In this document: in pieces, positions 26,029 to 38,065 of the stretch
How the letters are laid out: every line of letters begins with the position of its first letter
How positions within the stretch are numbered: the stretch's first letter is position 1
Made by a program: the position numbers and the translations under genes
From: Malacoraja senta
Taxonomy: Eukaryota
Direction of reading: 5' to 3'
Length of the DNA: 64,000 nucleotides
Assembly (NCBI GenBank): GCA_038087875.1
Contig: CM075989.1
Coordinates: forward strand, 10,914,001-10,978,000
Notes under the pieces: model-generated
The model's database searches: none
The model's input: the letters and a program-made list of their open reading frames with translations, nothing else
What the model was told of the DNA's origin: nothing

Positions 26029-26747
26029 CAGTGCCCTCCATAATGTTTGGGACAAAGACCCATCATTTATTTATTTGCCTCTGTACTCCATAATTTGAGA
26101 TTTGTAATAGAAAAAAAATCACATGTAGAAGCAAAATTAATTCTGAAGTGTATAGACACATCCTATCTGCTCAAGTTCAAACAAATGCCTCAAAACTCAT
26201 TGGCTGGCGGTTCATTCTACAGCAAGACAATGATCCCAAACATACTGCTAAAGCAACAAAGGAGTTTTTCAAAGCCAAAAAATGGTCAATTCTTGAGTGG
26301 CCAAGTGAATCACCCGATCTGAACCCAATTGAGCATGCTCGAGAAAACTGAAGGGGACTAGCCCCCAAAACAAGCATAAGCTAAAAAAGATGGCTTGGCA
26401 GAGCATCACCAGTGAAGGCACCCAGCAACTGGTGACGTCCATGAATCGCAGACTTCAAGCAGTCATTGCATGCAAAGGATATGTAACAAAATCCTAAACA
26501 TGGCTACTTTCATTTACAGGACACTGCTGTCCCAAACATTATGGTGCCCTAAAATGGGGTGACTATGCATAAACACTGCTGTAATTTCTACATGGTAAAA
26601 CCCAAATGTATGAAAATGGACTTTATCAAAATCTGACAATGTGCACTTTAACTGCATGATTTTCTCTATTACAAATCTCAAATTGTGGAGTACAGAGACA
26701 AATAAATAAATGATGGGTCTTTGTCCCAAACATTATGAAGGGCACTG
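26029..26747 (+). mobile_element. Internally deleted (719 bp) copy of the same Tc1 family
   Basis: TA|cagtgccctccataatg ... cattatgaagggcactg|TA. ORF 26148..26351 gives [42 protein letters not shown]. Confidence 0.95.
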
Positions 26748-26854
26748 TATTTGAAGCCATACAACATTTAATACCTTGATACCAGCTAACAAAAAGAACA
26801 ACCCGTCACATGATCAGGCTATTCAGTCCTTGTTTACTCTGCTGTTTAACCATA

Positions 26855-27305
26855 TCCCAGAGTGGGTTAACATATGATGAACGTTTGACGGCACAAGGCC
26901 GCTACTTGCTGGAGTTTGGAAGGATGATTAAAACTTACCGAATAGTGAAAGGCCTGGATAGAGTGGATGTGGAGAGGATGTTTCCACTACTGGGAGAGTT
27001 TAAGAAGAGGTCATAGCTTCAGATTTAAAGGATGTTCCTTTAGGAAGGAGACAAGGAGGAATTTCTTGAGTCAAAGGATGGTGAATCTATGGAATTCATT
27101 GCCACAGAAGGCTGAGGAGGCCAAGTCAATGGATATTTTTAAGCCAGAGATAAATAGATTCTTGATTAGTACAGGTGTCAGGGGTTATGGGGAGAAGGCA
27201 GGAGAATGGGGTTAGGAGGGAAAGATAGATCAGCGATGATTGAATGGCAGAGTAGACTTGCTGGGTTGGATGGCATAACTCTGCTCCCATCACTTATGAA
27301 CAAAT
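26855..27305 (+). mobile_element. CR1 LINE 3' end
   Basis: ORF fragments GLDRVDVERMFPL / RGHSFRFKG...QRMVNLWNSLPQ...GYGEKAGEWG. Confidence 0.88.
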
Positions 27306-28524
27306 GAACTTATTTCCACACAACATTGGAAGATATATTCAGACCAGGTCCTTGTCCGTTTACATAAGATTCACACTCTCCCACTAACTTTCCCCGCAAC
27401 TTATTCTCCCAACATTTCTACCACCCTGAGCAATTTACAGTAGTCAAGGAAACCAGAGCACCTGGAGAAAGCCCACACAAAGGGAAAATGTGCAATGTAC
27501 AAAATGGGGTTAGGAATGAAGAAGGGTCAGTGGAACTGGGGCATTAGCTCCACAAGCTACGCTACAGTGTCATACTGAATGTAACCAGAGTATGACTTAC
27601 CCACATTCAAATTCCAACCACTGCCTTGGCTCCCAAACCCTTTGACTAACAAAAATCAACAAACCTCAACGTTGAATTTTCCAATAAACTTTCAACATCA
27701 TTATTTTTTATGTGGGGGGTGGGGGGTGGGTGGAGAAAGAAAGGGTGCAAGATACAACACTTCAATATTTCCACTACTGTGACAACAGTTTCTCCTGATG
27801 TCATCACTGAAGGTAAACCTCCAAGCACACAACCCACAGACCAGAGTCCATTAGAAGCTTTCCACAGAACCTGAAAACACTGAAGTGATCTGGCCAATTT
27901 ATTCCTTCCCTATCTCTTTATTTTGTTCCAAGTTCACTCATGTGAAGTACCACTGGATATTTTCCCACATCCCAAAGATGATTGGTTACATGGTTACTAA
28001 TTGACCCTCAGATGTCGATGGGTGATAAGATCTGAAATCTGTTAATGGGAATGTGGGGAAAATAACATTGGGATTGTGTAAATGGGGGTTTGATGGTGTT
28101 GCAGACCTGGTGGACTGAAGAGCTTTTTTCCCATCCTGTGTTACTACAAGATACAAATGATCGCAAGCAACTAATGACCATGAGAATTTCCCCAACTTCT
28201 AATCATCCATGTCAAATGAGGACAGATATTGGAAAAAAGGCAGAGGAAATAATGAACTTTAATAAAACACCCAATGACCAAGCAAATATAAATCATACCA
28301 CAAACTCAGACAAAACTTACTATCTACATTTATAGTGTTCTTATCGTTGTAAAATGAAACAGGGCCACAAGTTAAAATGATGCCAAATCACATAAGGAGA
28401 TAATAGTACTGGAGAGCTTGGTCAATGTGACACGTTTTAAAGAAGGTGAGAGAGGGGTTAGGGAAAGGACATGATTAAAATTAGCTCAACTTGCTTGTTT
28501 GAATCCTGTAATGTACAGTACCTA

Positions 28525-29420
28525 CAGGGAGGTTTCACGGCAGTCGGGTCACGACCCATGACCCGAACTGTTGCTACGCTACGCAAAGTGGAGTACACGC
28601 GATGAACTGCTCGTAAGCACTTACCATTGTTTCCAGCGTGGCGGGCCCGTTAAAACCCGCCGAAATTGTCCATTTTTGCGCTGTATATAATTATGGAAAT
28701 CGGGATAAGCGTGAGAGACATTTAGCCTACTTCAGAATTCAAAAAGTGAGGAGAAATGACGGTAGATAGAAGCGAGAGCTGAGGGGACAACAGCCAAAGT
28801 GCTTGGCAAACATTGGCCGTTTGCTCACTGCATTTCATCAACTAAGGCATCAACTAAGTTTTTTCTTGATTCCTTTGGCATCTAAAAAGTTTCAGAAGGG
28901 ATAAATCTGGCTGTAAATTTTAAAATCGGCCATAGTTCTCGTGGGTTTTTACATACAAAAATAAAACGCCTGTGAAGCAAAATTTACAACCAGATTTATC
29001 ACTTCTGAGACTTTTTAGATACCAAAGGAATCAAGAAAAAAAACAAATAATGCCTTACTGTTGATGAAATGCATTATGCAAACGCGATAATTCCCAATAT
29101 TTTCAATTCCGATATCTGCACGGCCAATGTTCACCAAGCACTTTAGCTGTTGTTGTCCCTTCAGCTCTCGCTTCTCTTTACCTTCATTTCGCTTCACTTT
29201 TGGAATTCTGAAGTTGGGTACATGTCTCTCACACTTACCCCGACTTCCACAATTATTTACAGCGAAAAAATTCAACATTTTGGCGTTTTTAACAGGTAGG
29301 AAAGTACGCGTTTCTAGCATTAATAACATATACCGGAAGTGACGGATGTCCTCCAGATGGATTGAGCGGCTCCGTGCGTCAAGCCCTATGACCCAGTGAC
29401 CTTACGTGCAACCCCCCCTA
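28525..29420. mobile_element. Non-autonomous palindromic DNA transposon (MITE-like, ~900 bp)
   Basis: Termini cagggaggtttcacg / cgtgcaacccccccta are imperfect inverted repeats flanked by TA. Internal arms ~28648-28921 and ~28979-29296 are diverged reverse complements. No coding capacity. Confidence 0.75.
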
Positions 29421-30122
29421 TATGTGAAATGAAATTTGAGGCAAGAGCAGGAAGATACAGTACAATTGTCTTATTCCTCCTTACAGATGCTTACATTGAT
29501 TTCAATATATAATTTTAGAATGTATTTTTTGGAAGTATCTAAATAAATAAAATTCCTTTGGATTTTTGCAAGGGCGCCAAACAATTCCAGTGATTGCTTT
29601 GTTGTTTATAATGTACTAGAGTACTCGCAGAATGTTAAATTGCTCAATGTTGGAAAACAATTCACCAGGCTGCAAACAGATCAGGGAGAGGAACAGTTGC
29701 AAAACCTAAAGATAAAAACCCAAAAGCCACAGACAAGGCTAAAATAAATAAATATTTTGTGTTTGGAGAGGAGCCAGTGATTAAAAATCACTCGACACGT
29801 TGGCCTTGCAGCTAATGACATCACTTACTCAACTGGATTACAGCCTATTCATTCACTCCCACGCATCTATTATTAAAGGTTGCAGAACCACTTTGGATCA
29901 ATATGGATATCTATATTCCGCAGCCATCAGATACTCCGTCATCGCTCCTTGAAAAAGCACTTGGCTCTGCTGCAGAGCATGGCAGGAAAAACCACAATAC
30001 AACATTACTAATCACAACTTAGTAACACTGGACGTGATCAGACTAAAAGCACGCTGCACGTTCGCATGCAAACTCCTAAATACTAATTTAAACTAAAGAG
30101 AGCTTTGATGCAAGATACCTAC

Positions 30123-30158
30123 AGAGGGCACAGAGGCACAGGAAAACCAGTGCTTCAT
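30123..30158 (-). CDS. uaca: Putative first coding exon of the UACA-family gene: MKHWFSCASVPS
   Basis: ATG at 30158 (context cagtATGa) with an in-frame upstream stop at 30302-30300. Phase-0 donor TCT|gtaggt fits phase-0 exon 2. Resembles the short N-termini of the UACA alternative isoform (MMNCWFSC..) and ANKRD35 (MKRIFSC..), recalled from memory. Confidence 0.75.
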
Positions 30159-30324
30159 ACTGGTCAAGAATGCTTCCAGGATTCAGACAGATTTGTAATT
30201 GCAAATGCAGTTTGCTGTAAATGAACTCCACAACTGGCACAGTGCAGATCAGGGCTGGAAAGAACAACGGCGCTATCACTGCAGGCTCTGAACACTGTTC
30301 TATAACTTCAGAAGAATCGCATGG

Positions 30325-30342
30325 CCCCAGTTTATAACCCCA
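30325..30342 (-). promoter_or_regulatory. Candidate TATA box (ggggtTATAAActgggg) about 175 nt upstream of the first-exon ATG
   Basis: TATAAA at 30336-30331 on the minus strand with G-rich flanks, in repeat-free sequence. Motif match only. Confidence 0.3.
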
Positions 30343-32082
30343 CTCAAGCATCGTACTAAATTCTCTTCATCTTCCAAGTCGTCTTCAGACTTCATTACTC
30401 CTCAGGAGGATTCTCACTCGGAGTATTTTGAGCTTTGTTTCAGAAATTACAGACTGCAACCCGGAGGTTAAAACTAAAAGCACTTCACCCCCTACTCCGT
30501 GTCTCTGGGTGCCTGCGTGTACGATTCCTGCTCTCTTCAATAGGAGCAAGTTCAGCTGGAGATCTCCAGGCTCCTGCTGCGGAGCAGTGCACACCACAGC
30601 AACTTGTGCCAAGCTTTAAGTAAAGCTTTTAACTTGGCACTAAAATATCACAGCCAGATTGCAGTAAACAGGCCATGATATCAGCCAACTTCTGCATTTC
30701 TGACCTCACAACCCTCTGAGAGATGTCTGCAAGGTATAGCTAATAATAATTCTGTGCATGCATAGCCTGTGAGTAATGGGGTATCAAGCTATCATCATTG
30801 AAGTCAAAGAACCATCAAGGCATGTTTTGCAGATTCTAGAAATAGTCACCTCCAGCAGAGAAATGCAAGTGTCGGATTCAGAAAGCCTCTGGATGACCTT
30901 CGAACAGACTTGCCTCACCACAAGACCGACTCACTGGCAACACAGCCCCTCTGCGCCACTCAACCCATAGATTGCATCACCGCTCTTATGGGCAATTTAC
31001 AGTTCTCCATCATCGGTGGAAGGGTATCCAGCCCCTCCCCATCCCACCACCCTGTCAAAGCGCTTCACTCTGCAGATGCATCGACAGTGAGATGCAATCA
31101 CAATGCCCCAGGGGAGCTGCAGTCAATCACAGGGAGAAACATCGCGTGCTGCTGGCCAGTGCATGTATTTTAAACCACGTGGTTTAAATATATTTTGAGC
31201 TATGGTAATTTATATTTTCAATTGGAATTTAAAACTATTAAAAACACAGGGTACCAGAATACTTCTTTTCATCTCATGAGCTGTCTCCAAACTCAGTTCA
31301 GGAGGCGACAGGCTGCGTTCCTGAAAATCCAATAAGTGGGAGACTTAACTGTTAAATTTAAGGAGTCTTTTCAGCCCAATTATACAAGGAGTGAACAAAA
31401 AAAAAACCTTTCAAAACAGGTATTTGTACAAACAATTACATTAACAAGTGATCCCTTGGGAAGCTACATATCAACATTTCAAAAGGCATTGGGAAGTCAA
31501 TGAAGAGAATTCAAAGACTCAGGGTTTAGTTTGCTGAACAGAATTTCAACCAGAAACAGACTTTCAGTGTCTGATAATTCATTTCATGCACCAAGACACA
31601 AAACATGCCAGTCTTAAACCATGGCCACTCCCACTGAACTGAAATCTGGTGATTGAAACGAGCACGTGTTCAAATGTCAGTTGGTTAAAACCAAAGTAAG
31701 AATCAGGAAGGATTTTAACGCACGAGTCAGATAGATATCAGGGCGCAATCGCAGTGCATGTGGGAGAAAGATGCCCAGTACAAGCATGCATTGAATTAGT
31801 GGCATATTGTTATATACACCACGCAAGAAAAAGATTCAGAAAGAACAAACTTACAAGAAATGCTATCTGCTGACCTCCATCCTGAATAGGCAACTCCTTA
31901 TTCTGTGACCATGCCACCAGTTTAAGATTCCCCCAAAGAGTTAACTTTCTAAATATTGTGAGACACCTCAGAATCTTATACTATCACCTCATTCTCTGTA
32001 CAGCATTCTGTTGTTATCTCCATTTAAACAATATTGTTTTTCTAGGATTCCTACTAAATCGGGTAACCTCATTCCTCATGAT

Positions 32083-32403
32083 AAGGCAGTCCTAGGATTA
32101 CACAAAGGTTCCGTTCCCAAGAACTGCCTGTGACCAATTTCTCCGTAAATCAGTAAATTCTGTTTATACAACCACCCATATCATGTCGCTCAACATACAC
32201 TTGCTGTAATTCTTTCATCTCATGGAATATATACCCAAACACTACCCATAATTAAACTAATGGATTATATACCATATCCAATCATTAATGAATACCATGA
32301 AACGCTATCGCTATCTTGAAAAATGCTTTAAAAATGTATGGAACAATTTGCAGGAAGTCAAACTTTCCACTAGTCAGGTCATTCGTAACCCAGGGAGCCC
32401 CTG
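32083..32403. mobile_element. Old Tigger/pogo-like MITE remnant
   Basis: Degenerate inverted ends aggcagtcctaggattac ... ttcgtaacccagggagcccctg resemble Tigger-type TIRs. Confidence 0.5.
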
Positions 32404-34472
32404 CATTATTGAATCTGTGCCACATCATGCATGATTAAAAACTTGTTCAAGTTTCAAGTCTTGTTCTGGACAACTCCCACCTCATCTTCATCGCTCACCA
32501 ATGCACCAACAGCAATTAACCTATCAACTCGCCCTTTGAGGTGTGGGAGGAAACCTAACTCCACCTATCAATTTTTTGCACATTTGGCTAACGTGTCTTT
32601 ACGAATGTCAATAGTTTAATAACGAAACCTATGCCTCAGCAGGGATGAAAGAAAACACATAATTAAGACTTTCCTTTTTGAAAAAAATGCCTATGTGGAA
32701 ATTGCACTTTTAAAGGTTTCATGCTCCTAGTGAGATGTTTAACAGTGCCTCTCACGTGGGTGCAAGCCCGATGATTACTATTTCAAAGAGGAGGATATTT
32801 ATCCCTGAAACAAGATAAAAATAAACCAGACTTTACAATATTGCTGTTGTTTGACATCATGCTACCTGAGAATTGGTTCCCATAATATTAATTGGCTGTA
32901 ACATGGCCATAATCATGAGGTTCTGAAAGGTCCTACAGAAATACTTGGCTTGTGCCCCGACTCAACCATTATGAAACTATCTACATTTTGTTTTTTCAAC
33001 TCATCATTGCTGATCATAAATAGCTTGAAAACTTGACGAAAGCACAAACTCGCCTTGTCAAAAGTCACAATACTTTAAATTGTTTATTAAATGTGATCAT
33101 GTATATCAGAGCACAGATCCAATAAACAATGGTTGTAAACTCCAGCATGTAGTTCTGCTTGATGAGATGCGTCTGTTCAGTAAACATGCCAATAGGCAAA
33201 AACAAGATGTACGTAATGTAAACCACTTGACCCTTTTCAAACCATTGCTGGGATTAGATCATAGGCTTACAGTAACTCGTGTACCCTATTACAGCAACAG
33301 AATTCTACTGGGCTTAGCTACTACTACTGCAACTTAGAAATAGCCCCTGCATTACCTCCATTTTTCTGTAGTAACTGTATGAAAGTGATACAGCACCACA
33401 ATGAAAATAAATGTTATAATTAGCTTGCTGGAATTTCATGGAATCTATGGTGACATCAGGCATGGGATGGGACAAGACAGGCCCTAACAAGGATATAACC
33501 ACCAGCCAGGGCAGCAGTGGGCAGGGGCACAGTGGGGATGGAGCCAATCCACATACTCAAATAATTTCAGGAGAAATACAAGATGTCATGCTATCGTCTG
33601 CCCCTGTAGCCAAAATATTCCTGTAAATCTGCAGAAAGAAGCTTACTGCACTGAGGAATTCTAGCATTTGTACAGAAATAGTAAATTAGCTCACTTGTTA
33701 GTTATCTCAGCTCTGCACCTAAAAACACTGGGGTTTGAGGACCAGACTTAAAGTCAATGCAAACAGAACTTGCACCGCTCCAAAGGCTCATGTTTCTGCT
33801 GTTGGGTTCAACAGTGACTGGAACCAAGTACGGCAAACATGGCAGTGAAAAAAATAGAAAACACAGAAAAATATCCTGCAGAGTTTGGTGAGGAGGAGAA
33901 ACATAGGACCGATTATTTACTACACACGGGTCTTTGTAAAAACGAGAGTCAACTCAATCGAATTCAATGGTCTTTAATTAGAGACACAAGAGACGGCAGA
34001 TACTGGAAGCTTGAGCAAAAAATAAACTGCTGGAGGAATTGAGCAGAGTTTTTTGGGTCTTAAAACACATTTATTTGAATACCATAAAATTGGGAGAAAT
34101 GTTTTAATGATCGGATTCAACAGCTATGTTATTCAAGCCTTGCATTCAGAGAAAGTTACAACAAATATGCGCACATTTCTCCCACCACAGCCCACCACCC
34201 TGTCACTATTCTTTCCCCCTCCTCTTCACCCCTCAATTCCTATCCCTACCATCTCAGTCCCCATTTCCTTTTAGGGTTCCCATTCTTCCACCCATATCTC
34301 TCCCTCCAGTTTTACATTTCACTCTTATTTTTCCCTTACATTTCATTCACAATTTTCCCTTATCCCTCCCCCTTTTGTCTCCTTTTCACCTTTCGCCTTA
34401 GTCATTATCTTCAACCATCCGCCTTAGTCATTATCTTCAACCATCCGCCAATCACCTGCTACCCCCTCACTT

Positions 34473-34693
34473 GTGTCTAGAAAGGAACTGCAGATGCTGG
34501 TTTAAACCGAAGATAGACATAAAATGCCGGAGTAACTCAGCAGGACAAACAGCATCACTGGAGAGAAGGAATGGGTGTAGTTTTTGGTTGAGACCCTTCT
34601 TCAGTCTGAAGAAGGATCTCGACTTGAAACGTCACCCACTCCGTCTCTCCGGAGATGCTGCATGTCCTGCTTAGTTACTCCAAAATTTTGTGT
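34473..34693. mobile_element. Fold-back (head-to-head) Penelope terminal-repeat insertion, nested in an older Penelope terminal repeat
   Basis: Palindrome centred on cttcttcag-t-ctgaagaag (34605). Direct repeat ctaccccctcactt at 34459-34472 and 34694-34707. Hammerhead core at 34606-34633 with a mutated stem II. Confidence 0.8.
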
Positions 34694-35589
34694 CTACCCC
34701 CTCACTTATATCCACCTATCACTGGTCAGGCTTTTCCCTACCACTACCTGTCTTTTCCAGCTATCTTCCTCCTACTCTGAGGGAGTAGTTCTATTCTGAG
34801 CAAGTCTTCTAACCCGAAATGACATCTGTCCACCACTCTCTCCACAGATGCTGCCTGACCTGCCAAGTTCTAGCAGCACTTTTGTTTTGCTCAAGATTCC
34901 AGCATCCAGTGTCTTGCGTCGCCAAACTTACCACATTAACTTGCGTGTTACGAACCAAGAGTTCAAACCAAACGCAGTCCATTACATATGGACAAAAGGC
35001 TTGCAAGCCTATGTTGCAAGAACATGAGTTCTTAATAAGTACCTCAAGCTTCTCTCTCGCCATCATATTTTCCCTCAGATATGCGACAGGAGTACGGAAA
35101 TTTCTGCCTTTACAGTAATACCAGCTACAGCCTTACTTGCAAACATTCAATTTGGTCACCCAACTTACAATTACTGGGCTTGTTTTAGAAACACTATTTT
35201 CTCAGAAAGTTCCACAATTATAGGTTTTCACATCCTAATTATAGCTGAACTAATCTCCAACTCCAGCCCAAATTCCCATTCCAAAAATAGTATGGTGGTT
35301 GTAAACCACAAATTACACATTAGATCCCTACTCATTGCACAGCAAATACACATCTCACCATGAATATTACTTTCCACGAGGTAATTAAAAAAGCTGGTTA
35401 TTAGTGATCATAAACATCCAAGGCCCTCACTAACACCCACCATCTGGTTCACGGGAGGAAATCTATCGTCCTTGCCCAATCTATCCTGTGAGAGATTTCA
35501 GTCCCGGTCATGTGAACAATTCCCAATTGCCTGCTGAAATTAATTAACAAGCCATTCAGTTTGGAGACTCTAATAGATAGGTAATAAGT

Positions 35590-35872
35590 GCTGTGTCTCT
35601 GCCCCGCTCTCTCTCTGTCCCTCTCTCCGTCTCTGCCCCCTCTCTCTATCCCCCCTCCCTCTCTAGATGCGCCTACGAGTTGGGGGCTATGCATGAGTGG
35701 ATAGGACGGGGCTGTGGTAAAAGGAGCAAATGAATAATATTAATATAATACCAAGGGGGAAGGGGGTGTGTGTGTGTGCGTGTGTGCGTGGGGGGGGGGC
35801 GCAGGCCACCCCCCTCCCACCACGCAACCGTGCGTTGAGGGGACGGGACCCAACGGGTCCCACATGGTCTAC
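35590..35872 (+). mobile_element. 3' fragment of a non-autonomous Helitron (same family as 42553-44026)
   Basis: Hairpin gggaccc-aac-gggtccc at 35845-35861, then CTAC|T (mutated CTAG). The rest is homologous to the reverse complement of 42553-42830. Confidence 0.75.
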
Positions 35873-37739
35873 TTTTCTATAAATACTTGAACAACTTCAA
35901 ACTAATCTCTTTGCATCAAATACAGACAGCACTTGATTATTTTGGTTTTACTAAACAACTGAATAAACACCCCTGAATATCTGATTGGAAATGTTTCATT
36001 TTTATTTATGCAAAAAAAACGTAATGACAATTACAATGACAATTACAAACGTAATTACAATGACACATCAACCATGTGGTTCTTTTAAAAATGTGGCCTT
36101 TCAACTGCAGATGCTTAGACCATTGATGAACTCAGCAGGAAGATAAATCTGGGATGGTAGAAATGCAGATGGCAATGAACACACTTGATCATGCAGCCAT
36201 TTTTACAGATAATTCATAATAAATAATGTGATAGAAAAATCACATTACAACAATTGTGTCAATGGGGTAAATGGGGGTTAGGGACTAGAGAATTTCAAAC
36301 TCATAAGAAGTTAAAACAGCAAGACCATAATAATATATATATATTTTTTTAACTGCAAACACTGGATATCTGAAGTACATACAAAATGGTGGAAGCACCT
36401 CAGCAGTTCACAGTGTTTGTGGAAAGAGAAGCTGTCAATATTTTGGATTTACTTTGGTGAGAATGGGAAAAGGAGGTACAACGGATTTCACAAGGAGAAA
36501 AGGTGGGAGAGAAATATGTTAAAAAGCTTGATTTGTGGGGTAAATTCAGGGATGGAAATCTATCAATCCGGAACATTGCTGTCTATTACCCTACCCTACT
36601 GGAATTCAGTTCTATTGAATCTGAATTCCATGAAATTCAATGGAACTGAATTCCAAGAGGAAAGGATCACAGACAGCAATGTTCTGGATTTATTTCCTTT
36701 TATGTATTATACAAAAGCAGTAAGAAAAGCAAATGATTTAGTTCATGCACCAGCATCACAAATAATGTAGTCTAAATTGCTCGAATGTTATAACAATGTA
36801 ACATTACTGCCTAACTCTCAATCTCCATGACAACACAATGCAAGACACTGAAGGCAAATACAATGCAGGCCTCTGTTGCCAGAGCACAAATCCCAAGAGG
36901 TCAGTCTGTACTTAAGGTACTCGTTCACCCTGTCAAATCTACTCAGTGCAAACTGCAAGGTCATAGCAATAAAATAATAAATATTGCATTTATTTTTCCA
37001 TTATCTGGGCATCACAAATAGTTGTTTTTTGTGACCCATTTCAAATAATCTTTGAGAAGGTGGAGGGCAGTTTCTTGAATCGCTGTGCTCCTCTGCTGAA
37101 GATGCTCTTATGGTGTTGTTAGAGAATGAGTTCCATGTCAGAGTCACACAGACTGTAACAGGCCCATCTGCCCACCAAGTCTGTGCCATCCATCAAACCT
37201 GACTTGCACCCTCATCAACTCAGTCATGCTCTAATAATTTCAGATACTATTTTTCCTATATGCATCAGAACTGGCTAGTTCTCATTGTAGTTAACTCTAA
37301 CTTTTTCTCACTCCACAAACACTGCCTGACCTGCAGGGGTGAATTTTTCTCCTTTGGTTTCAGGTTTCTGAACTACATCTCATTTCTTTTGTTTTTGCTG
37401 CAACTTCCCCCATCAATCCAACACAATGGTCTGTAAAAATGTCAAGCCATCTCAGCAAAGCTGATACCACCCAAGGATATATTACCTTTATTCTATCCAC
37501 CTCTGCCGATCCTCTCTGCAACTTCCACCTTGTTTACTCACTGTTCAGTTCTGATGAATGATCTTCAACTGAGAAATTTAACTCCTTTTCTTTCCTCGGC
37601 CAAATTGCTGTTTAAGCTATTTCAGTTTCTATTTCAGATTTCCAGCAGCAGGAAGGCTTTCAAATTGTATCATTTCTAATTTTGAGAAAACAGAAAGAGC
37701 CTAGATGCAGCTTTTCATTCAAAAAGCAGCACCAAACAA

Positions 37740-38065
37740 AGAACAGTACAGCACAGGAACAAGCTCGTCTGGTCCTATATAGTTGCAACACAACTTCCCG
37801 ACTCTTATACTCAAAACCCCAACCGATGAAGCAAGCATCAAAATATGCCTTTTTTACCACTATCTACCCGTGCTGGCATTTTCAGGGAGGTATGAAATTG
37901 GACCCCAAAATTCCCCAGTACATCAATGTTGTGTCCTGCCTTTATTAGCTCTATATTTCCCCATTACATTCAACCTCCCAAAGTGCAACAGCTCGCACTT
38001 GCTCAGATTAAACTCCATATGCATTTCTCCACCTATATCTATAACTGATCTACATCCTGCTGTAT
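37740..38065 (-). mobile_element. CR1 LINE RT fragment
   Basis: Homologous to the reverse complement of 2390-2660 (VKKAY...EYKSREVVLQLYRT). Confidence 0.7.

Noticed and set aside
30300..30395. MKSEDDLEDEEN.. as the MKSLK-type first exon
   Set aside because: It terminates at TAG after 31 codons and I found no suitable donor. Similarity is limited to MKS.
36590..36660. miR-146 gene
   Set aside because: Only a 13-14-nt match; the mature 5' end and 3' part differ and the match sits on the wrong arm. Kept only as an unexplained hairpin.
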